NCBI GenBank assembly: GCA_964016885.1
Contig: OZ024744.1
Span: 84,072,001-84,136,000, forward strand
Length of the DNA stretch: 64,000 nt
From: Eledone cirrhosa
Taxonomy: Eukaryota
Direction: 5' to 3'
The position numbers and the translations under genes are program-made. Below the pieces are notes generated by a model. It saw nothing but the letters and a program-made list of their open reading frames with translations. It was not told the DNA's origin and ran no database searches. Shown here piece by piece: positions 52,304 through 64,000 of the stretch (positions are counted from its first letter, which is position 1; each line of letters begins with the position of its first letter).

Positions 52304-55300
52304 GGCGACCTACGTAGTAAATCGTATCATCGTGAGCTCCGCAAAGGTTTGTTATTTCCGTTTGTTAAAAATTGCCATTTATGGAAAATTTTATTGTTAA
52401 CTGTTTATAAGCACACATACATTGTTTTCCGAAAAGGACACCCAAAAAAATTGGGGCCTTGTGCCCAAAATTTTAACTTTTATTATTATCAAAAAATTTC
52501 TTTGAAAAAAAATGGCTACTTCACCTCTGCAACAAGCAGCTGAAAGCCTTCCTCACAAATTAACACCTCACACCGACACCACCATTGTAAATGTTACTAC
52601 GTTTGCCAACACAAAAAAAAAATATAAGCAGTAGCAATATTTTAAATTTGACTCAGGCAGACATTAATTTCCCGCCATTACCAATGACTGCAGGTGTTAA
52701 AGCCTCCACCACCACCACCACCGCGACAACCACCACCCCCACCACCACCGCGACAACAGAAACAAAAGAAGAAAAAAATAAATTAACTCGTGATGTCGAA
52801 ATGAAATCAAGCAAAATGGACTCTTCCGCACCAAAGACGAATGACGTCACCACCACCACAACTGAAACAAAAATTAAGATTAACACAAATAACGATAGCA
52901 ACAACAACAACAATGACATTATAAAACCGACCCTCAGTTTCGCCATCGTAGCAAAACACTTCGAAGCGTTCACGGTAACTCAAGAAGATTTAGAAAATGC
53001 CAAACAAATGGTAAAGAAAGATGGGTACAGGGTCAGCCTCATCCCCCCCCCCCCCCCCCACCTAATAAAATGGAGCATCGGCGCCTATGCACCGTGTCGT
53101 ATAGAACAATAAATGTAAAATCGCGCCGAGTGGAACGGGCATCCGAGTCCCAAATCCAAAAAGCTTTGGGACAATGTGTGGGCAAGAAAAACCCACATCA
53201 GACGTGGGCAAAAGTATGGAACCGTGGACGTGTTCTTTGAAACACCAGAGGAGGCTAGAGAACACTCCATGGCCCCATTAAAAAGTGACGACCTCACACT
53301 CGTCGCAAGCTATTGTGGCCAGAGACTCGTAAAGATCAGGGTGACCCACGTTCCACCGGCCATCGAAATTCCCTGGCTAATAGCGGCTGTCCTCGCCGGC
53401 ATCGAAGCCAACACGAAAATAATAGCAGTAGCAAAAGAAAAGCAGGAAAACTGGTCCGGATCTGGGATGGAGCTCCTGATCCAAGCGGACCAAAAAAGCA
53501 TTGAGGAGATCCCAGAGGTAATAGACCTCACTGACGGCAGCCACCTCACGGTAATTGTCGAGGGCAGAAGACCTAGGTGTGTCGTTTGTGGTGAAGGAAC
53601 CCACCTAAGGGCTTTCTGCCCTCAGGCTAAAAGGTTGAGGCCACCTCTCCTACCCACCCCAGTGACACAACCATCAACACCACCAGTAGCAGAGATGGCA
53701 GCAACAACTGTAGCAGCAACAACAGAAGCAACTATAACAGCAACAACCCCAGCAACAGTAGCAAACCAACACCACTACCACCACCAGCAAAACCAACACC
53801 ACCACCTCCCAACGCTTCAGAACTAGCACCAGCGCCTACACCATCCACCACACCACAACCAAAACTAACGGCTGTGGAGGATTTTCCACTCCCCGGCCTA
53901 TCACAACTGGAGACAGATTGTGACGATGAAGAGTGGGAAACGATATCCGGAAAAAAAAAAAGAAACCAAAAAAGAAAAAATTCTCTTCCTTCTCCCTCCA
54001 AAAACAAAATACAGAGGGAAACAAATAAACTAAGAAACAAAAAAGTTAGGACAGATATGCCACCATCCACACCAGCATCACCAACCCCATCAACCCAAAC
54101 ACCAACACCATCACCATCATTAACTCCAACACCACCATCACCTACACCACAAAAGTCACCAAACTGCGAAACAGAAACAAACCCACAACAAACGCAAACA
54201 AAACAAAACAACCAAAACGATACACACTACACAGCATTAAATTTGAACAACAAGCAATTATTACACTACATCCAACACAACACCAGCATCACAGAAAAAG
54301 ACTACACAACAACCCCAAAATTCACACCACCTCCACACATACAAATCACTCGCATCACACAGAAAACGTACATGACACTAAAACAAAAATTCCCCAAAGA
54401 CATCGGAGACTTCCGACAAGCACTCTCCAGGAGGATTTATAAAGACATCCTTCCTGAGGAGGCCACAAGCAGTGAAAAGGATGGAAAAGCCGTCCTTCCC
54501 CTACGAGAAGTAAGGTAAGTGGTCTTTCCCATCTTTTCCACTCCTTTTCAACAAGACCTCACTCAGAATAGGCAGCATAAATGCGCGTGGCTTGGGGTCG
54601 TCATGGAAGCTGGGCCACCTGCTCAACGACCTCAGGTCACTAAACATAGATGTAGTGGCCATCAGCGAGACCAGAATTTCCGAAGCACAGGCTTTCGCAC
54701 CGATCTTCGGCGGCTACGATGTGTACGCATCTCCCAGCCGTCCGGGATCGGGGGGAGGAGTTGCTGTGCTTTTTCGGAGAGGTTTGGATCTTGCCATACG
54801 GGCCATCTTCCTGGACCCAGAAGGTAAGTTGGTGGTGCTGGACGTGACCAGCGGAGACGGGCAAGCTTTCAGGTTAGTGGCCGTCTATGCCCCGACAGGA
54901 GCAGGGCGGCCTGATTTCTTCGGGCGTCTGGAGACCTTTCTTGGAACGTCCCGCTCTTTAGTGTTAGTGGGCGACTGGAACGGGATCTTAGATGCACGCT
55001 GGGATTGTGTGGGATTAGTGGATAGAGAAGGAGGGTGCAAGTGTCCCACCAACCTGCTCAGACGTTTTGAACTGTCTGACAGCTACCGAATGGATTTCCC
55101 GAATGTACTAATGTGGACTTGGACAAATCGCATAGGGTCATCCAGATCATATCTAGATAGAGTATTTTGTAGGGAAATAGATAGGTCTAGCATAGGCTGT
55201 CCACAATTCAAGATAGTCAGCTACACGGACCACAAATTCGTGATCAGTGTGCTTGACTTAGATAGGCTTCATAGACGAGGACCCGGCTACTGGAAGCTAA

Positions 55301-55454
55301 ACGCATCCATACAAATATTGGGGAATTTTTCTTTGTTATTTTATTTCAACCTCTGTTTTTTTTCACGCAGAAATGCCCATTTGTACCGTCCTGTATTGTC
55401 CTGTACTGTCCTTAATGTCTACTTTATGTGAACCCTTGTGGTTAATAAAGAAAA

Positions 55455-55455
<1 letters not shown>
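52304..55455 (+). mobile_element. Tx1 family A copy with about 2.8 kb deleted internally (RT lost)
   Basis: Colinear with 45117-48096, then jumps at about 55308/55316 to the 3' UTR (equivalent to about 50863). Confidence 0.93.
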
Positions 55456-55488
<33 letters not shown>

Positions 55489-55489
<1 letters not shown>

Positions 55490-58400
55490 TTTGAGTTTCA
55501 GTCATTGATGTTAGTTAACTGGAAACTTTGTTGCAATGAATATCAAGCCACTACCTGCAGCGTCAGATATTCAGGACGTATCGGAGGGTTATTGCTGTTC
55601 CCAGCAAGCATGCCTTTTGAAGCGTTCCAAAAAGCGTGAAGGGGCCAATTTTCTTTAACCATCCCTGGAAACTTTTGAGATAGTCCCTATTGCGCCTATG
55701 ACAATCTTTGACTTCATGGCAGTTCCAAATCCTTTTTACCTCCCACTTTAAGTCCTGGTATCGGTTAATTTTCTCCCTCTCCTTCTCTTGCACTCTCGTG
55801 TCGAATGGGCAGGCCACATCCACAATCACGCACGATCTTTTTTTTTGTCCACAACCACCAGGTCAGGTCTATTGTGTTCCAGTTTCTTGTCCGTCTGTAT
55901 CCTAAAATCCCACAGCACCTTCACCTGATCGTTCTCTATCACCGACTCTGGCTTATGCTCATACCACTTCTCAGAATGTGGTAAATTGTTTACTTTGCAT
56001 AGGTGCCAGTGGATCACCCTGCCCATCACATCATGTCTCCAGCCCTTATAGTGAGTCTGGGCTAGGTGTTTACACTCGGATACAATGTGAGCCCCAGTCT
56101 CCTCTCTCTCTCCACAGATCCTGAACAGTGGGCTAGCCTCCCCCTTGTAAATATGGTGTTTCAACCACTTCGTTTTGAGGGCCTGCTCCTGCGCAGCCAT
56201 TAACATTCCTTCTGTAGCCTTTTTAAGATCTCCTCTTTTCAACCAGTTCCATGTCTGTGGATCTCTGAATTCAGTTTTCTCAAAGAAGGTACTATGAAGG
56301 GATTTTTCCTGAAGGCTGCTCTTTCGCCATGATGTTATTTCCTCCTTGGACATCCCCTGGTCTATTGTCCCCTCCTTCAGTACAGTTATGAGCATTGGCT
56401 CCTTACTATCAGTCACGTATTTGTGAAGTTTTTTTTTCTCCATCTGAACACAGTCCTCTATGCTGATAAGACCTCTTCCACCTTCAGATCTCCTTAAGTA
56501 GAGTCTATCGACATCACTCCTCTTGTGGAGCATGTTGTAGATAGTCAATAGCTTCCCAGTCTTCCTATCCATTTCTTTTTGTTCAGCAACATTCCATCTC
56601 AGAATTCCTGCACTGTACCTAATAATAGACACAGCTCGGGAATTTACTGCACTTATGGCATTCCTACTGTTCAGATGTGACTTTAATACGCTCCTTACTC
56701 TCCGAATGTATTCAGTTCTTATCAATTCCTTCATTTTTTTTTGTTCTTGATGTCATCAGCGTCCAGAACACCCAAATACTTGTATCCTTCTTCAGAGTCA
56801 ATTTCCTTTATCATCTCACCTGTTGGTACCTGCATTCCGTTACTTCTGCTCAATTTACCCCTCTTCATCACAAGGACTCCACACTTACTAATACCAAATT
56901 GCATACATATATCGTTGCTGAAAATACGGACAGTGTCAACAAGCACATCCAACTCCTTCTCACTCTTCCCGAAGAGCTTAAGATCGTCCATGAAGAGGAG
57001 GTGATTGATGGTAAGCCCTCCCTTTCCCAACCTGTATCCTGCTCTCACTTTTCGCAGTACACTGGTCAGGGGCATCAGGGCAAGGACAAACAATAGAGAG
57101 GACAGACTATCTCCCTGGAAGATGCCTCTCTTGATCTTCACGCTTCCCAAGGATTCTCCAGTTGATGTTAACTCTGTTTCCCAGGACTTCATATTTTTGC
57201 CCAACAACTGTCTGATCTTATCTGCCACCTTGAAGATCTCCAGGCTTTTGGTAATCCAAGAATTAGGCACCATGTCAAATGCCTTTTTGTAGTCTCTCCA
57301 TCCCATGGCAAGACCAATATGTCTCCTCTTGCAATTCCTCATTACCATCTTATCAATAAGTAACTGGTCCTTTGTACCACGTGACCTCTTTCGGCATCCT
57401 TTCTGTTCGTCCGGTAACAAGTTGTTTGTGTGGAGGTAATGGTAGATTTCCTCAGACATAATTCTTGTCAACCGTTTCCACATTACGGACAGACATGTGA
57501 TAGGTCTATAGTTGGTAACATCATTACCCTTGATTCAGTCTTTCATTACCAGAACTGTGGTACCTTTTGTCAACCACTCTGGTGCCTCACCTGACATCAA
57601 GCAGTCATTGAACATGGTTGTCAGTTTCGGGTGGAGGGATGTTATATTTTTAATCCAATACCCCTGCACACCATCTGGGCCTGGTGATTTCCAGTTGGTT
57701 AGATTTTTGGCCTGCCCCTTAAGAGTTTCGACTGTGATACTCAAATCAGTTTGTTGGTGTGCCTGTTCACAAATCTCCTTATGTACTGTCTCAATCCACA
57801 CTGCCTGGTCATTATGTTTAACATACTGCTCCCATATTCCTCTCCAGAATGCTTTAGTTTGTTCCGCCTCAGGGATCAAGTCGTTGCCTCTTTCTTTCCC
57901 TTCAAGCTGTCCAAACAGCATCTTCTGGTTGTTGTCAAACATGCGGTTCTGTCTATACTGACTGACTCTGTTCTCGTATCGCCTGATTTTTGCACTCTTT
58001 GCTACAATGCGTGGCTTCAGTTCCTCTATGATAATATTTAGCTTTTTCCTCCTAGTTTTGTACTCTATTTCCAGTTTATTTTTAGTGTCTATTTTTTTAA
58101 TGTCCCATTCAGTAGGAACTCAAGCTTTCCAATGTCATTTCTCATTTCCCTGATTTGACCACTCAGTCGTTTCTTCCACCAAGGCTCTGATCTTTCTTGT
58201 TTGTTGTTTCCTCTCGCTTTTATACCAAGTAGTTTCCTCACCGTATTTGCTGTTGCTTTGAGGATATTGTTGCACTGGTGAAGGCTCCTCGCCTCAAGGT
58301 ATGGGATGACTTTGTTTACCTTAGCTGTTGTTTCTTTTAACTTTTGCCTGTCTACGAATCTTAGGTTCATAGGTATCCCTCTATCATTGTTCATTTCATC

Positions 58401-60434
58401 TACCACTAAGTTTAGGATATCAACCAAATCTTGTCCTAGCCCGTCAGCATTCATCTCCTCATCGGTCGTATCTTTGTTCCAGATGTTATTTATTTCAGCA
58501 TTCAGATCATTGTCTGCTTCGGATGCTTCCTCAGATCCATCTACCTCTTCACCTTCATTTCCCACTGGCTCGTTTGCCTGACATACTCCACTCTCCATTT
58601 CCAACTTAATCTCTCTGCTCAGTTCCTCCAGTTACAACTCACTTATCCATCCATTAGTTCTTATTACCCGAGCCTGTCCGGCAAATTTTTGTTCATCTAA
58701 TTTAAATAGTCCAATATCGTTCCAGGTGTTATGCATCCGTTTCCTATAGCCTTTTTCCATGGTGTTACTCTTCTGGTAATATTTCATGACAGTTCTATTC
58801 AATTCTTTCGCCCAGTTGGTTCTTGTCCCTTTCCTTCTTCTTCCTCCAACACCAGCAGTATTTGGATGACAGCCAGGCCCCTGCTGCTGAGCCAGGGAGC
58901 ACCTGTTGGGTGAGAGTCTGTCACATGATATTCTAGTCACCTTTTCACCGTTATTCGAACTGTTTAGGTTCGACATTTAAACACTCTTATCGAGGATTGG
59001 CGAATGTATGGTTACATAACCACCGGTGATTTCATCACCTCCGGTGATTTCGTCACTCCCGGTAATTTTTGTGTGGCATTATCACGCTGTAGACGAACAT
59101 AAATAAACAAACAAACAAACAGGCAAAAAAAAAACCAAAAATGAATAAGCATAAGTTTCATTGTAATGTAATGTTTGAATATCTGACTTAGTTTTTCCCT
59201 TCCCTTCTCTGTCCGTCTGTTTGTTTTTCTCTTCATTTTTCTTTTCTTTGCGTTGTTCGTTGTTGCTGTGCTGCTTTGATTTTTATTTTTGTTTTTTTTT
59301 TATATTCCCGGGTCATCAATTCAGTCTATTTATATAGTTTGATGCCTTCCTCTTTTAGTGGGGACACTACGATCTAGCAGGGGTTAGCGGGAGAGAATAG
59401 CGGGGGTAGTGATAATGAGGCAGTAGTGGTGGTGGTGGTGGTGGCGGTGCTGTGCTAGTAGTACCTAGCAGGAGGTAGTGGGAGAGAATAGCGTCGGTAG
59501 CGATAATGAGGCAGTGGTGGTGGTGATGTGATCGTAGTACTGTAGTGATGGTGTTGAAGTTGTAGTAGAAATAGCGGTTGAAGCAACTTGACCAGTGTTT
59601 TTAGCGTGGTAGTGGTGGTGGTGTTGGTGGTGAAATTATCTTTAGCTATTTAGCTACTTAGTCATTTTGCCATTTTTCTCCTTTTCGACTCTAACATTCC
59701 TGATCCAAAATTAAATATTAATCTTGTATATTAAAATTGTCTAGTTATACCGCCACCTTCCCCTTTCGTAAGTTAACAGAAGGTAATGGGGAATAGCGGT
59801 GGTAGCACTGAAGGAGTGGTGGCGGCGGTGATGGGATAGTGGTAGTAATGATGGATGGGTGGTGGCGGCGGTGACTGTAGTGATGGCGTTGTCGTTACTG
59901 AGTTTTGTTGAATAGACTGTATTTTTGTTTGATCGGTGAATCTATGGGGTTAGTCGCGTATATGTGTTGACATATTTTCTTAATATTGGAAGTAAACATT
60001 TTGTAAAAACTTGAGACAATAATAATAGTAATTATAATTATTATGCTGGGATTGGTGGTGGTGCTGGTGAAATTGCCGTTATCTGGCTGTTGTATTTAGT
60101 GTACACAGAGGAGTGATGGGGTAGGTGGTGTATCTAGTTTGTGGTGTTGGTGAAATTGCTGTTATTTGGCTGTTCTATATAGTGTAGACAGAGGGGGTTT
60201 TCTACCATTTATAACCATTTTCTTTTTTGAATGTAAAATGTATATTACAAAATTGAATATTTGAGCGATATAACAATATATTATGGATCCGAATTTTCCT
60301 GAGGCTTGCGTCTGGTGCTTTATGCATCATTTGTACTAAGAATTGTTATTTCACAATTGATTTAAATATGTTAAAATCAAAAACTTACGGGAGCGATTTC
60401 ATGACCTTCTTTCCACCATGTGCGTCTTCTTCCC
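55489..60434 (-). mobile_element. R4/Dong-type RLE LINE, copy D2, full length and frameshifted
   Basis: KSPGPDG, YRPITCL, QGDSLS, FMDDLKL, YKYLG, RHD, HNRPDL..IVDVACP. (TAA)n flanks. Confidence 0.94.
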
Positions 60435-60487
<53 letters not shown>

Positions 60488-60496
60488 GTTGTTATT

Positions 60497-63400
60497 CCTT
60501 GAATCTCAGTCATTGATGTTGGTTAACTGGAAAGTCCGTTGGAATGAATATCAAGCCACTACCTGCAGCCTCAGATATTCAGGACGTATCGGAGGGTTCT
60601 TGCTGTTCCAAGCAAGCATGCCTTTTGAAGCGTTCCAAAAAGCGTGAAGGGGCCGATTTTCTTTAACCATCCCTGGAAACTTTTGGAGATAGTCCCCAGT
60701 GCGCCTATGACAATCGGGATCACTTTGACTTCATGGCAGTTCCAAATCCTTTTCACCTCCCACTTTAGGTCCTGGTATCGGTTAATTTTCTCCCTCTCCT
60801 TCTCTTGCACTCTCGTGTCGAACGGGCAGGCCACATCCACAATCAGACACGATCTTTTTTCTTTGTCCACAACCACCAGGTCAGGTCTATTGTGTTCCAG
60901 TTTCTTGTCCGTCTGTATCCTAAAATCCCACAGCACCTTCACCTGATTGTTCTCCATCACCGCCTCTGGCCTATGCTCATACCATTTCTCAGAATGTGGT
61001 AAATTGTTTACTTTGCACAGGTGCCAGTGGATCACCCTGCCCATCACATCGTGTCTCCAGCCCTTATAGTGGGTCTGGGCTAGGTGTTTACACTCGGACA
61101 CAATGTGAGCCACAGTCTCCTCTCTCTCTCTCCACAGATCCTGCACAGTGGGCTAGCCTCCTCCTTGTAGATATGGTGCTTCAACCACTTAGTTTTGAGG
61201 GCCTGCTCCTGCGCAGCCATTAGCATTCCTTCTGTAGCCTTTTTGAGGTCTCCTCTTCTCAACCAGTTCCATGTCTGTGGATCTCTAAATTCAGTTTTCT
61301 CAAAGAAGGTACTATGAAGGGATTTTCCCTTAAGGCTGCTCTTCCTCCTTGATGTTATTTCCTCCTTGGACATCCCCTGGCCTACTGTCCCTCCTTCAGT
61401 ACAGTTCTGAGCATTGGCTCCTTACTATAGGTCACGTATTTGTATAGGTTGTTTTTCTCCATCTGAACACAGTCCTCTATGCTGATAAGACCTCTTCCAC
61501 CCTCAGATCTCCTTAGGTAGAGTCTATCGACATCACTCCTCTTGTGGAACATGTTGTAGATAGTCAATAGCTTCCTAGTCTTCTTATCCATTTCTTTTTG
61601 TTCAGCAACATTCCATCTCAGAATTCCCGCACTGTACCTAATAATAGACACAGCTCGGGAATTTACTGCGTTTATGGCATTTCTGCTGTTCAGATGTGAC
61701 TTCAATACGCTCCTTACTCTCCGAATGTATTCAGTTCTTAACAATTCCTTCATTTTTTTGTTCTTTATGCCATCAGCCTCCAGAACGCCCAAATACTTGT
61801 ATCCTTCCTCAGAGTCAATTTCCTTTATCATCTCACCTGTTGGTATCTGGATCCCGTTACTTCTGCTCAACCTACCCCTCTTCATCACAATGACTCCATA
61901 CTCCTGCCTAGCAACTGTCTGATGTTATCTGCCACCTTGAAGATCTCCAGGCTTTTGGTGATCCAGGAATGGGGCACCATGTCAAATGCCTTTCTGTAGT
62001 CTATCCATCCCATGGCAAGATCAGTGTGTCTCCTCCTGCAATTCCCCATTACCATCTTATCAATAAGTAACTGGTCCTTTGTACCACGTGACTTCTTTCG
62101 GCATCCTTTCTGTTCGTCCGGTAACAAGTTGTTTGTGTGGAGGTGATGGTAGATTTCCTCAGACACAATGCTCGTCAACAGTCTTTCATTATCAGAACTG
62201 TGGTACCTTTTGTCAACCACTCTGGCACCTCACCCGACACCAAGCAGTCATTGAACATGGCCGTCAGCTTCGGGTGGAGGGATGTTAAATGTTTAATCCA
62301 ATACCCCTGCACACCATCTGGGCCTGGTGATTTCCAGTTGGTTAGTTTTTTGGCCTGCCCCTTAAGAGTTTCAACTGTGATACTCAAATCAGTTTGTTGT
62401 TGTGCCTGCTCACCGATCTCCCTCTGTACTGTCTCAATCCACCCTGCCTGGGCATTGTGTCTAACATCCTGCTCCCATATTCCTCTCCAGAATGTTTTAG
62501 TTTGCTCCGCCCCAGGGATCAAGTCGTTGCCTCTTTCTTTCCCCTCAAGCTGTCCAAACAGCATCTTCTGGTTGTTGTCGAACATGCGGTTCTGTTTATA
62601 CTGACTGACTCTGTTCTCGTATCGCCTGATTTTTGCACTCTTTGCTACAACGCGTTGCTTCAGTTCCTCTATGATAATATTTAGCTTTTTCCTCCTAGTT
62701 TTGTATTTTATTTCCAGCCTATTTTTAGTGCCTATGTTTTTTAGTGTCCCATTCAGTAGTGACTCAAGCTTTCCTATGTCATTTCTCATTTCCCCGATTT
62801 GCCGACTCAGTCGCTTCTTCCACCACGGCTCTGCTCTTTCTTGTCTGTTGTTTCCTCTCGCTTTTATACCAAGTAGTTTCCTCACCGTATTTGCTGTTGC
62901 TTTGAGGATATTGTTGCACTGGTGAAGGCTCCTCGCCTCAAGGTATGGGATGACTTTGTTTACCTTAGCTGTTGTTTCTTTTAACTTTTTCCTGTCTACA
63001 AATCTTAGGTTCATAGGCCTCCCACTATCATTGTTCAATTCATCTACCACTAAATTTAGGATGTCAACCGAATCTTGTCCTAGCCCGTCAGCATTCATCT
63101 CCTCAGTGGCCGTATCTCTGTTCCAGGTATTATTTATCTCAGTATTCAGATCATTGTCTGCTTCGGGTGGTTCCTCCGTTCTCAGGACCTCTTTACCTTC
63201 ATTTCCCACTGGCTCGCTTGTCTGGCATACTACACCCGCCATCTCCAAGCCATTCTCTCTGCTCAGTTCCTCCAGTTCCAGCTCGCTTATCCATCCATTA
63301 GTTCTTATTACCCGAGCCTGCCCGGCCAATTTTTGTTCATCTAATTTAAATAAACCAATCTCGTTCCAGATGTTATGCATCCGTCTCCTGTAGGCCCTCT

Positions 63401-63752
63401 CCTTGGGGTTACATTTCAGGTAACATTGCATTACAGTTCTATTCAATTCTTTCGTCCAGTTGGTTCTGGCCCCTTTCCTTCTTCTCCTTCCTCCAACATC
63501 AGCAGTATTTGGTTGACAGTCAGGTTCCTGCTGCTGAGCCAGGGGGCACCTGTTGGGTGAGAGTCTGTCACATGACGTTCTAGTCTCCATTTCACCGTTA
63601 TTCGAACTGTTTATGTTCGATATTTAAACACTCTTATCGAGGATTGGCGAATGTATGGTTACATATCCATCTGTGGATCCACCATTCCACTTGGCCCTTG
63701 TGTGGCATTATCACCACGCTGTATACGAACACACATAAACAAACAAACACAC
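60497..63752 (-). mobile_element. R4/Dong-type RLE LINE, copy D3, with two internal deletions and a short 5' end
   Basis: Homologous to D2. ORFs 62175-63590, 61382-61888 and 60571-61146. (TAA)n flanks. Confidence 0.93.
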
Positions 63753-63773
63753 ATTATTATTATTATTATTATT

Positions 63774-63959
63774 AAGGGCGGTGGATTGGCAGTATCGGTA
63801 GAGGGTCGGACGCCATGCTTTCCAGCATAGTTACGTCCCTTTACCATCTGAGTTCAAATCCCGCCGAGGTTGACTTTGCCTTTCATCCTTACGTGGTCGA
63901 TAAAATAAAGTACCAGTAATGCACTGGTAATTGCTGGCCTTGTGCCTAAAGTAGAAACA
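63774..63959 (+). mobile_element. tRNA-derived SINE in (ATT)n
   Basis: A-box-like TGGCAGTATCGGTAG, B-box GAGTTCAAATCCC, core, and a tail ending AGAAACA(ATT)n. Confidence 0.9.
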
Positions 63960-63966
63960 ATTATTA

Positions 63967-64000
<34 letters not shown>

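Noticed and set aside
63774-63870. tRNA gene
   Set aside because: A/B boxes are present but there is no cloverleaf; it is the head of a multicopy SINE.

Overview
Repeat-saturated, AT-rich eukaryotic DNA with no recognisable host gene. The SINE family and the microsatellite density suggest an octopus or other cephalopod (inference from recalled repeat sequences). The window holds Tx1/L1-clade LINEs of at least two families, R4/Dong-type RLE LINEs, Penelope-like elements (PLEs) with inverted terminal repeats and hammerhead-ribozyme folds, RTE, CR1 and CRE fragments, tRNA-derived SINEs, a hAT MITE, Tc1/mariner remnants and long (TA)n, (CA)n, (GA)n and (ATT)n tracts. Four observations stand out. 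(1) In two diverged Tx1 families the ORF1 stop codon sits inside a consensus splice donor AG|GTAAGT. A pyrimidine tract follows, and its first AG gives an in-frame ORF1-ORF2 fusion; family A also has a conserved 3'-UTR acceptor that would excise all of ORF2. (2) The R4/Dong elements appear to carry a retained 5'-UTR intron. (3) About 23 kb (40.7-64 kb) is a chain of nine retroelements separated only by (ATT)n, with element classes partitioned by microsatellite target. (4) Several (TA)n-embedded palindromic mini-elements carry type I hammerhead ribozyme folds. All splicing and ribozyme claims are predictions from sequence only.
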